NCBI GenBank assembly: GCA_000165345.1
Contig: CM000433.1
Location: forward strand, 128,001-192,000
Length of the DNA: 64,000 bases
Reading direction: 5' to 3'
A program made the position numbers and the translations under genes. Under the pieces are notes generated by a model. That model saw nothing but the letters and a program-made list of their open reading frames with translations, had not been told where the DNA came from and ran no database searches. Numbering within the stretch: position 1 is the first letter of the stretch; each line of letters opens with the position of its first letter. This document shows positions 48,801 to 59,287 of the stretch, piece by piece.

Positions 48801-51800
48801 CAATATTATATTTTTAAGGAGATTGGTGGTAAGAATGATTTAAATAACCAAACTTACTTTTCAGAGAAATTTGATATATATAAAGGGTTCAATTCAAATA
48901 ATGAATTTGAAAAAACTAAAAAAGCTATATTGGAATTGAGAGATTTGAAGAAAGACAAGTATTCTTCCAAAATTTCCAAACTAGGGCAAAAGAACGATAA
49001 TTATCTGGAAATCAATCCTTCAGAGTTGGTTGACTTTTCAGACAATAAAAATCTGACATCAACAGTTCTTGATGTACTAATTGATACGATCAGAAACTTT
49101 AGTGAAAATAGCAATAATAAACTAGAAAAGAAGCTTTTGCTTTTAGAACTTGTTAAATCATTAAAACAACAAAGACTTAGCATCGATGGTTTATTTAAAG
49201 TCGAAGAAAACCCCGATAAGTTCACTCATGACGACTCTGGGATACTTTTCCCAAAAGATGTGTCTACCAATAACTCAAATAAAGATTCAGATCCTTCAAA
49301 AGACTTTCATTCAAACCATGATGCTATTTTATACGATGGTAGTTGGCTCTCTATTGGTAAAATGGAAGAAAGTATTGAAGACAAATTCGATGACGAAGAA
49401 AATGAGTTTAATAACCATGGTGATTTCTTTGCATATCCAAATGAACTAACAAGACGTAAATTAGAGTCTTTGATAGGCAATAAACTTAATACTAAGAAAG
49501 ATTCTCTATTAAAAATCATGGATGCAATTTCAAAGATTGGATTAGGAGATATTACATCAAAGTTAGGTAACTTATTAAAAGGATCTTCTTCTAAGTTCCC
49601 TTTTCCATATAATGGGTTTTCTTCTATGGTTTTAACAGGAGCAAAAGGGTCAAGAGTTAATTATAATATGATTTGTGTTATGCTAGGTCAGCAAGAACTT
49701 GAAGGAAGAAGGGTTCCAATTATGCCAAGTATGAAGACTTTACCATCTTTTGCTACTTATGATTTGGGTTCTAGAGCAGGAGGTCTGATTACAGATCGTT
49801 ACTTGGACGGTCTTCATGCTCAAGAATTCTTCTTTCACTGTATGTCTGGAAGAGAAGGTTTAGTTGATACTGCAGTCAAAACCGCACGTTCTGGATATTT
49901 GCAAAGATGTATATTAAAAGGATTGGAAAGTATGATTGTTAATTATGACGGCACTGTTAGAAGTGAAGACGATACAATTGTTCAATTTATATATGGTGAT
50001 GATGGAATCGATGTCTCTAAATCAAGTTATTTGTCCAAATTGGAGGATCTAGTTAGAAATAAAACTTTGTTGGAAAGAGATGTGAAATTTGAAGAATCTA
50101 TGGGAAATAAATTTTTGAATAATTCTTTTGAGAAGGTATTCAAATATGAAAATAGGCAAAATTTGTTTAAGACGTGTCTAAACCAAAATATCTTATCAGA
50201 TGAAAAATCTTTCAAAAAAGTAAAAAAATCAGTAGAAAGGGATTGTTTTGATAACTTAAATATATCAGAGGATAATAATAAGACCAATGCAATTGATGTT
50301 GAAAATGTTTCATCTACATCTTTAAATGAAATGACTGTCAATTCATTACTACCTACAATCTTAAATGGAGGATCAGTTTCAGAATTATTCCTTAATAGCT
50401 TATCTGAGACAAATATCCAAAAGCTTACTAGAATTTCAAGTGATTCAAAATATTATTCAAACAACAATTATTCTTTCAAAGGAAAAAGAAAATCAAGAAA
50501 CTCGTTAGTTAATGATAAATATAGTGCTGAAGAATACGAATCCATGTTAAACATGGAGAAATTACTTCGTCTAAAGTATATGAAAACTCAAATTTCTCCA
50601 GGAGAAGCTGTTGGTTGTCTTGCTGCTCAATCTATTGGAGAACCGGCCACACAAATGACTCTTAATACTTTTCACTTGGCAGGTCACGGTGCTGCTAACG
50701 TTACTTTGGGTATTCCAAGACTTAAAGAATTACTTCAAACAGGAGGAGATTCAAAAACTCCATACATTTTTATCCCATTATTGAAAGATATTAATTCAAA
50801 GAAAGATAAATCATCCAAATTTGCTGATGAAGAAAATGACAATAAAGATTTTATTAATTATGCAGAAAAGGTTTTGGACTGTTTCAAATCAATCCCATTG
50901 TCAGATATTATTGAAAATGTTGGAGTTGAAAGTTCAATAGTATATGATGAAGATGGAAAATTTAAATCATCCCACAAAAAATCTGCATATTGTTGGAATT
51001 ACGAAATTTCTATCCAATTTTCAGATTTGGAAGTATTTTGTCAATCTTTACCTCATTACAATATGTCATCTTTAATGAATTTGACTCTTTCAAAATGTAT
51101 TAAACCTTTTTTGAGAAATGTAAGTTTAATTCTGGGAGATATTTTAAATAATTATTATTGGAAATTATTGTTATTTATTATAATTCGGAGGCATTCATTA
51201 ATTTTTTTTAAATTAAACTCTAAGTCAATTCTTTTAACTAATTTTACTCAATTAACCCTAATAAGGCTTAATTCTTCGAGATATTAGTTATAAGATTTCT
51301 TTGGTTTTAAAATATAATTTAAATTCATTATTAATGATGAAATAATATTAAAACTTTCGTTCTTCTGTAAAGTTGTCAAATTTCTAATTTTGGAGATTTA
51401 TTAACAGAATGATGGAGAAAACTATACTATTTCTGAAATATGATATAATTAAATTATATTTTAATAATTTTTTTTTCAGAAAAAATGAATTTTGATGGAA
51501 ATCTCCTTGTAATTAATAATATTTTAATTTCCAAAAATATTAAAATAAAATATCTCTATTGAAATTAATTAATAACTTTAATTTTTAGGTAAATAACATG
51601 TACACAATTTCATCGATAAGAAGTAGCAAATTTTCCAACCAAGAAAATGATGAGACAGACGAATTTGTTTCAAAATACGTCTTGGGACACAATAGTGATC
51701 GAAACATTGGGATTTTCAAAGGTGCTTTGAACTCAATGATTCAAAAAGGTAACTTTTCTTTTGGAGGAGGAGGAGGAGGAGGAGAAGGAGGAGAATTAGG

Positions 51801-53022
51801 ACAATATGAAGATGATTTTGATGGAGGGTCTCGGCCTGATCGCAAAAAAGAACCAAAGAGTGAGGATGACAGTGGAAATAATACTAAAAAGGAAGAAATT
51901 GATGATGTAGATAATGATATGAATAATGAAATGGATGGAGATGATAAAGATAAAAACGATGATGATGATAATTCATCGGTAGAATCTTCATCATCAACTT
52001 CCGAGGAGGAAAATGGTAAAGATGATAGTGATGAAGAAACTGAAATGAATAATGGAAAATTTACTGAAGAAGCTAATGAGAATGATGAATCTGGAAGTGA
52101 AGAAGATGGAGATTTAGTTAGGAGGAGTTTAAGTGCAAGGAATAGTTTTACTGGTGAAAATCTAATGGAGAATGATTCAAAAATACCATGCATAAACTTA
52201 AAAATCTTGACTAAAGATGTATTAAAACATGTCATTGATTTTAACATTGATAGAAAAACCAATATTTTGAGTATTAAATTGGGGTGGCCGGTTATAAGAT
52301 GCCCACATTATATTGATTTCTTACCTGTCTTAAAAAATTGTATTTTAAAGACAAATATCCAGTCAATTTCATGTTTGAAAAATGCAAGAATTACTAGGAA
52401 CCAGAAAGAAACTTCAGACAAAAGTTTGTCTCAGTTTGAAGTTACCGTGGAGGGAACCAATGTAGGGCATATTTTTAAGATTTCGCCACGTTACATTAAT
52501 CACGATAAAATTAGATTCAATGATATTCAAACAGTATATAAATATTATGGTGTTGAAGCTGCCAGGCATTGTATTATCAACGAGTTAAGGAACGTCTTTT
52601 CAGTGTATGGAATTAATGTTGATTATAGACATTTGACTTTGATTAGTGATTCAATTACAGCAAGTGGAAAATTAAGAGTATTCAATAGAATGGGAACAAT
52701 TTCATACAATGTTTCACCATTCTTGCAGATGTCATTTGAAACTAGTATGAAATTTTTGACAGAAGCATGCTTGAGAGGCGCTTTAGATAATTTAAAAAGC
52801 CCAGCAAGCTCAATTTCAGTTGGGAAAATGGTTAGTGTTGGTACAGGGATTTCTCGTACATATACTAATTTCTACCAAAATAGTTTTGGTGGAAAAAGAA
52901 AAGATAAAGATGGATCCATTCAAAAAAAGACCAAGGATAAAAAAGAAAAGAATGATGATGAGACAAAGAAAGGTAAAAAAACAAGTAAGAAGGAAATAGA
53001 AAACTATTTTAAGTTTCTTTAA
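45870..53022 (+). CDS. RPA1: DNA-directed RNA polymerase I largest subunit (RPA1/A190). Two exons: join(45870..51119, 51589..53022), 469-nt intron. About 2227 aa with large low-complexity and acidic insertions.
   Basis: Zn-binding N-terminus GGLHDLRMGP...CGTCGS..ECPGHIGHIELELPVFHPLF. Pol-I-type [26 protein letters not shown]. Catalytic NADFDGDEMNLHLPQS. No heptad CTD. Exon 1 ends ...KCIKPFLRN|GTAAGT. The open frame resumes at ...TTTTTAG|GTAAATAACATG and continues into the conserved C-terminal cleft domain (YGVEAARHCIINELRNVFSVYGINVDYRHLTLISDSITASGKLRVFNRMG). Confidence 0.85.
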
Positions 53023-53127
53023 TCGTTAGAATTCAGAAGTTAGGATAGTAATTGGGAAAATTTTTTCTTTTAAAAAAAAATTTAGTATGATTTATAATTG
53101 ATATTAATTAATAATTACTTATTTGAA

Positions 53128-54540
53128 TTAACTAAGGAAAGTATCAGAAAATTGCCAGAATTGAATAGTGTTGTCTTCTGAAGCGGATGCTACTAAAAGA
53201 GGGTCTCCGTGCTCATTTGGATTCCATGAAATACTTGTAATAGGAGCTGTGTGTCCATAATGGATAAAAATAGCATTTGGATCAAAGGAATCCTTTTGAG
53301 AATGAGCCTTGTTAGGATCTTCATATGTTTGGTTGTTCTGATTGATATTTTCGAGACCATTTTGTAAATATGCGTTATTTTCACTAGGATTGTGGTTTTT
53401 ATATAAATCCCATACAACTACCTTGTTATCAACTCCTCCTGTCATTAAGATATTTGGAGACCATTTAGACCATTCCATGCAAATGATAGGCTTTTTAGAA
53501 TGAAGGTTGAATGAAAATAGTTCTTCATTAAGATTCCTAAAATCCCAAATTTGAACAATTCCATCCAAATTACCAGTAGAAACCATGGTAGGAACAAATT
53601 GGTTAAAAGAAAGAGTGTTGATTCCAGATACTGTATTTTTAAATAGACTTGGGGAATTTTCGGATGAACTTCTTAGATCCCAAAGAGCAAAAGTTCCATC
53701 ATCTGATACGGACCCAAATACTGATAGAGAAGAAGGATGCCATTTTAAGTCATTAACATCAGAATTGTGCCAGGAGATACTTTTTATTGGCTCCAAAATG
53801 GGTGGAGAATATTCAGATGATTCTTGTGAATCTGGATCAGCTTTATTATTATAGATAAAATGATTTTTTGCACTTGAGTTCAGAATCCCATTAGTATTTT
53901 TATTAAAATCCCAAAGATTGATAATGCGATCGCTTCCGCCTGAGATCAAATAATCATTTGAAGTACTATTTCCCCAATCCATTGCATACCCTTCCTTTGA
54001 GTGACCTTTTAGAAGAAGCTGGGGATGCACAAATTCATCAGTTGGGAATGACTCATGCTTAGAATAATCAAAAACTAAAATATCACCATTAACAACTCTA
54101 CTGGCAATAATAAATGGATGTTCTGGCATATGTAATGCCTTATTAACTTCTTCTGGGTGATTTAATTTTGCCTTTACCTCAAATTGAACAATATTCATGT
54201 TTGTGTTTTCTGGATTATATGAATATTCAGCAAAGCTTTCAACATTCATTAAATCATCATTAGCTTCCAAGTCACCAATATGAACTTCAGCAATTATCAA
54301 ATAATTGGGTTCTTGGTCGCTAGTATGAGTTCCATAGATGATTTTGTGAACAGAATAACTGCCATCTGCTGATTTATAAGAATTTGGGAGCCAATCAATA
54401 GTCAATGTTGGCCATTCCAATGTATAAGATAGCATTGTATCATATAGATATGGACAATTCCTTCTCCAAATGTATTGAATATCATCATCCACATTGTTAT
54501 TAAGTGTCGTGGGTCCTTCGTTGCTCGTTAATGCTTGCAT
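53128..54540 (-). CDS. Histone-binding WD40 protein RbAp48/RBBP4-7/MSI1 (CAF-1/NuRD subunit), 470 aa.
   Basis: YIWRRNCPYLYDTMLSYTLEWPTLTIDWLP resembles [31 protein letters not shown]. ...LLVASASEDNTIQFWQ resembles ICSVSEDNIMQVWQ. Seven WD repeats with Asn-rich insertions. Confidence 0.85.
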   Translation of the reverse strand: MQALTSNEGPTTLNNNVDDDIQYIWRRNCPYLYDTMLSYTLEWPTLTIDWLPNSYKSADGSYSVHKIIYGTHTSDQEPNYLIIAEVHIGDLEANDDLMNVESFAEYSYNPENTNMNIVQFEVKAKLNHPEEVNKALHMPEHPFIIASRVVNGDILVFDYSKHESFPTDEFVHPQLLLKGHSKEGYAMDWGNSTSNDYLISGGSDRIINLWDFNKNTNGILNSSAKNHFIYNNKADPDSQESSEYSPPILEPIKSISWHNSDVNDLKWHPSSLSVFGSVSDDGTFALWDLRSSSENSPSLFKNTVSGINTLSFNQFVPTMVSTGNLDGIVQIWDFRNLNEELFSFNLHSKKPIICMEWSKWSPNILMTGGVDNKVVVWDLYKNHNPSENNAYLQNGLENINQNNQTYEDPNKAHSQKDSFDPNAIFIHYGHTAPITSISWNPNEHGDPLLVASASEDNTIQFWQFSDTFLS

Positions 54541-55041
54541 TTTGTTGTTTTGTATTCCTAATTTAATACAATATTATATCATAATCTTCTATTTGGTTTT
54601 AATTACAGATTTTAGTACAGTTTTAATCAGTAAATTATATATTAAAGTTGTTTATTTTCTTAAAGGTTGTTAGGAATTAAAATAAAACCCTCAAACCTGT
54701 TCAAAAAAGCCTCTACTGTATGTTAATAACTCAGAATCAATTAAATAGTATTATTCTACTTTTGTTTTAACTTGTTTGATTTTCTTGTTAATATTTAATT
54801 CGGAGGGTAACGTAAATCAAACTTAAGGCGCCAATGTGCATGTATTTAAATATGTAGTCAAAAATCTGAAAAATTGATAAATAAATGAATCTAGAGAAGT
54901 TTTTAAACCTTTTCCGGAAATTAAAAATATTTAAAGTTAAATTAGTTGCATTAAAAATAATAGGGTCTGTTTATATAAATTTCGTCCTTTTGAGTCTAAT
55001 TTTATCAAAGAGTATTGTGGGGTGAATAATATATATTAAAG

Positions 55042-56984
55042 ATGCATTATTTTAAAGGAAACAAAATAAAATGGAAGATGTTTAAAAAAAAACTTAACTT
55101 ATTTTTGTCATTTATTTTACAGTTTATGACACTTTTGATCATTATAAGATGCACAGAAAAAAATAAAGCTACGCATGTTAGAGTTCAAGATAGAATAGAA
55201 CCAATTAAATTAAATTTGGACGATAAAATGATAAAAAACTATACTACTTTAATAACAAGTGAAGCTTACCAAAGGTTAGTATTTTAATTAATCTGTTGGC
55301 TTTGATTATTTTTTTAATTTTTTTATTTTCAATTTAGTTTAAGCAACTATCCAATTTGGGAAGATACATCCGATACTGATATAATTGCCAGTAAAGAAAA
55401 CAATTTTGAAGAAAATAATGCAAAAGAAGATTACGACATTAAAAGAGGATTTATAGATTTAGCAAAAAACATAACGCATGTTTATGGCAATATGATTCAA
55501 TCTAATTTGGTTAATGAATTTCAAGATGATTATCAGATCCCAGAGCCCATTTTTGACGAAAATCCTGAATATTTCTCATTCCCTTATCAAAAGGATAGCA
55601 TAGGGAATGAAGCAAAAATACTGGATGGGCTAAATAAGGTAAGTAAAATAAACAAGAATTTTGATAATGCTTAATAATAAATAGACGAAAAATGCTGTAA
55701 ATCTTGGTAAAAATATTACAGTAATCAAACAAGATGATAGAGAGATGCTGAGAAATGCATTTCCAGAGGTAAGCTATAGTGCCAATAATTTTAACATCTA
55801 GAAATATCACTATATAAAGGACTTTTCAGTAAATTCAGGTGAAGAAGACTTTACGAATCAAAGTTTAAATTCTAAAAATGTAGAGGAGTTACTAAAGGTA
55901 TGATTATATTCAATAAAAAATACTTCTAACACCTTATTTAATTTTTTAAAAATTTAGGAAACTAGAGCGAATCACCAAGATGAGCATGAGAGGATTCAAG
56001 AGTATTTGCAGAGTTTAAATATTACTTCACCGGTAAGATGAATCATTAGTATTCTAATAGCTTATATAATTTACCTAATATTAGAAAGTTACATCAAAAG
56101 TTGGTGATTTGTATGATTCTTATATTTTACTTTCAGCATCAGCTCAGGAGTATAATGATATTTATAACAATACAGTAAGTTTATTATATTATTGAGATTA
56201 CAAATATTATTTCTTAAAAAAAGTTATATGGCAATAAGACAAAACAGCCTTTCTCAATTCCATTAAAGCCTTATTAGTAAGTGATAATGTTAAAATTAAT
56301 AATATATTTTTAATTAAGATATTTCAATACAGCATTTGGGAAGGGATAGACAATTTATGGGATATTAAAATGTCAAAAACAACAACTCCAAGTCCAAAAA
56401 CAAGAGAAGCATTAAACAAAATTGATAATTATAATTCATTCATTAGGTGGAAAAGAGAAGAACCATTCAGAGTTTATGATATGTGGTATGATGCGGTAAA
56501 AGAAAGAAAAGATGGGAGAAATTCAATCAGAAGAGAAGCAATCAAGCAAAGAGATAGAGTATTAGAAGAAAAAATGAACAAACAAAGAGCATTTTATTCA
56601 CCTGCAAAAGAAAAATTTGATGATATAGGAAATGTAAGTTAATTAATTTTACATAACAATCAATATTCCATTAAATTTAGGCAACAGAATTAATGGCAGG
56701 ACACATAGATAAAAGGTTTGGACAACTTTTCAATGAAGTCACTGAAATTATGGATAAAGAGGCAAAGGAAAGGTAAGATTAGACTAATTTATTTAATATT
56801 AATTGACTATTCGCTAATAATCAAATAATTTTCTATTATTTATAGAGAGCACAAATATTACGAGCATACTTTCAAAAATAAAATGGAAGAATTCTGTTCA
56901 ATTTACCCAAACTGCTGTATAAATATGTCACAATGCCCTGAATTTGTATATAACTACATTCAAAAGGCAAGAATTCTTTTTTAG
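55042..56984 (+). CDS. Ten-exon gene for a secreted or ER-targeted protein of unknown function (about 487 aa): join(55042..55274, 55338..55638, 55685..55768, 55802..55897, 55958..56032, 56085..56174, 56224..56276, 56333..56633, 56681..56772, 56846..56984).
   Basis: N-terminal signal peptide (MFKKKLNLFLSFILQFMTLLIII). Every junction is GTAAGT/GTTAGT/GTATGA/GTAAGC/GTAAGA ... (T)TAG/CAG and keeps the frame open. Alternative acceptors give immediate stops. Introns are 63, 46, 33, 60, 52, 49, 56, 47 and 73 nt. One micro-exon is 53 nt. Two ORF-track fragments (55492.., 56370..) fall into this frame. The Cys-rich C-terminus is ...EFCSIYPNCCINMSQCPEF. Confidence 0.5.
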
Positions 56985-57391
56985 ATATGTTTGATTAATT
57001 TCTTAGTTTTGTTTTCATGCACTTAAAAAAAAAGTTTTGGCGGGTAAATGCGCGCATCTAAAAAGAACTTAACGAAACCGATTTTAGCTGTAATATCCAT
57101 GATAAATATTCGTTGAAAATTCATAATTTGAAATAAAAGGTTTTCAAAACTAATCTATATTTCCCCAGTTTGAATTTGAGTACATTAATTGTTCAAAGAT
57201 CTCAAACATTACAAACAAAAATTAAGTTATTCTAAATTAAAATAAGCTCAAAAATATTATCAAAACTATTATTAATTCCAACAAAAAACTTTGTTAATAT
57301 TACGGCAAGTTCAGTATTTAGGAAAGCAACCCATAGATTATTTATTTGTACAAAAAAACATCTTTTTTTCTTGAATAATAAATATTTCAAA

Positions 57392-59080
57392 ATGGCTCCT
57401 TCGCTCAGAAAAAAACCAATTGAATTAAAAGGCATTGAATTATTAAGAAACCCCTTCTATAATAAGGGGTTAAGTTTCACTATGGAGGAAAGAAAGGAAT
57501 ACGGACTTGAAGGTTTGCTTCCTGCGAAGTATGAGACTATTGATGAGCAAGTTTCCAGACTATGGACTGCAATAAACAAAATTGACTCAAATATTGGCAA
57601 GTATACTTTTCTTGAGAATATCAGAAGTTCATCCTTTATTCTTTTCCACTCTCTTCTTGATAAATATTTTAAAGATTTAACTCCTTTGGTATACACGCCT
57701 ACTGTTGGTGAAGGTTGTATCGAATTTTCAAGGAATCCAACCATTAGGAATTGGCTAGGTTCTGGCCTTTACTTGAATAAATCTCATAAAGGACGCATTT
57801 ATGAAATTTTAAAAGACTTTAAAAGCGATGATATAGAAATCATTGTATTAACTGATGGTGGGAGAATTTTGGGATTAGGCGACCTTGGTCTTAATGGTAT
57901 GGGTATTCCAATGGGTAAATTATCATTATATATTACATTGGGTGGAATAGACCCTTCTAAAGTATTACCAATTTCCTTAGATATCGGTACAAATACTAAT
58001 GATATTTTAAGCGATAAATATTATTTAGGTATTTGCGAAAAAAGGATAGATAATGATGAATACTTTCCATTGATGGATGAGATCACTAAAGCAATTTTCA
58101 AAAGGTGGCCAAACACCGTTCTTCAATGGGAAGACCTTACAACTTCAAGAGCAATTGATATTTTGGATATCTATCAAGATAAATTTCGTTGTTTTAATGA
58201 TGATATCCAAGGTACTGCAAGTATTGTTTTAGCAGGTTTAGTTAGCTCACTTAAAATTGCCGGGAAGAATTTCGAAGATCAAAGAATTCTTATTTGTGGA
58301 GCTGGTTCTGCATCAATTGGTATTGTTAATTTAATTATTAAATCTATGGAAATTAAGGGAATACCTTATCAGTCTGCATTGGAGAAATTTTGGCTTGTTG
58401 ATTCTAAAGGATTAATAACCAATTCAAGAGATTTAAATAGTTTAGACAAATTCAAAGTGCCTTTTATCAGGAAAAATATTGACAGGAGTATTACTGACTT
58501 GGTAGAAATTGTTGAATTGGTTAAACCAACAATTTTATTGGGTGTTTCTGGCCAAGGGGGAATTTTTAATGAACAAGTAATCAAGACTATGGCATTAAAT
58601 GTTGAAAGACCAATTGTTTTCGCTCTAAGCAACCCTACCAATAAAGCAGAGTGTAATGCCTCTGACGCGTATAAATGGACGAATGGTAAAGTTATTTTTG
58701 CTAGTGGGAGTCCAATGAACCCTATCAAGGCAATTGATGGCACCGAGTTTATTCCATCTCAGTGTAACAATATGTATGTGTTTCCTGGAATTGGTCTTGC
58801 TGCTCAAATCGGCCAGCTTTCTCACATTCCCGATATTTGCTTTATTGAAGCGGCATACTCAGTTTCTAACTTTATTCATATAGATTCCAATTCTAATATT
58901 TTATTCCCACCGCTTACTGCTTCTGTTGGAAGAGAAATTTCTGCATCAATTGCAGCTGATATTATTCTTAGAGCAAAAGAAATGAACATCATCAATAAGA
59001 GTGTATGCCCAGATTTACCTTTGGATAATAGGGAAAACATCCTCAATTATATTAAAGATAGAATGTGGCTTCCTTATTAA
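57392..59080 (+). CDS. Malic enzyme (NAD(P)-dependent, decarboxylating), 562 aa.
   Basis: LRNPFYNKGLSFT, VYTPTVGEGC, malic-enzyme signature FNDDIQGTASIVLAGL, dinucleotide-binding GAGSASIGI, and divalent-cation site GLGDLG. The ORF-track start at 57371 is TTG. The ATG is at 57392. Confidence 0.85.
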   Translation: MAPSLRKKPIELKGIELLRNPFYNKGLSFTMEERKEYGLEGLLPAKYETIDEQVSRLWTAINKIDSNIGKYTFLENIRSSSFILFHSLLDKYFKDLTPLVYTPTVGEGCIEFSRNPTIRNWLGSGLYLNKSHKGRIYEILKDFKSDDIEIIVLTDGGRILGLGDLGLNGMGIPMGKLSLYITLGGIDPSKVLPISLDIGTNTNDILSDKYYLGICEKRIDNDEYFPLMDEITKAIFKRWPNTVLQWEDLTTSRAIDILDIYQDKFRCFNDDIQGTASIVLAGLVSSLKIAGKNFEDQRILICGAGSASIGIVNLIIKSMEIKGIPYQSALEKFWLVDSKGLITNSRDLNSLDKFKVPFIRKNIDRSITDLVEIVELVKPTILLGVSGQGGIFNEQVIKTMALNVERPIVFALSNPTNKAECNASDAYKWTNGKVIFASGSPMNPIKAIDGTEFIPSQCNNMYVFPGIGLAAQIGQLSHIPDICFIEAAYSVSNFIHIDSNSNILFPPLTASVGREISASIAADIILRAKEMNIINKSVCPDLPLDNRENILNYIKDRMWLPY

Positions 59081-59287
59081 TAATGAATTATTTTCTAATA
59101 ATTTCTATTAACTAACATTTTTTTTCCTTATCTTTCATATTTTGATATTCGCACGATCTTATATTTATTTAAATCTTTGCTCATCCAAATACTACGTTGC
59201 TTAACTCCTTAGGTTCAATTCCTAGCACAATAGGCACCGGTACCCTTTCTGCAGAAAATATTGATTCCCAAAAATATGCAAAATGAT

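Noticed and set aside
45870-53022. Multiple ORFs of 60-170 aa antisense to or frame-shifted within RPA1 (46543-46743+, 47407-47622-, 48173-48583-, 49001-49225-, 49307-49519-, 50027-50341-, 51741-52262-).
   Set aside because: They are nested inside a well-supported conserved CDS, with low-complexity (poly-Ser/Leu) translations and no motifs. Such ORFs arise by chance in an AT-rich, acidic-repeat coding region.
55675-55691. Acceptor ...TATTACAG|TAATC for intron 2 of the 10-exon gene, and the direct read-through of the 33-nt intron 55769-55801.
   Set aside because: Both put a TAA or TAG in frame immediately. Only the AAATAG|ACG acceptor (55684) and the ATCTAG|AAA acceptor (55801) keep the frame open.
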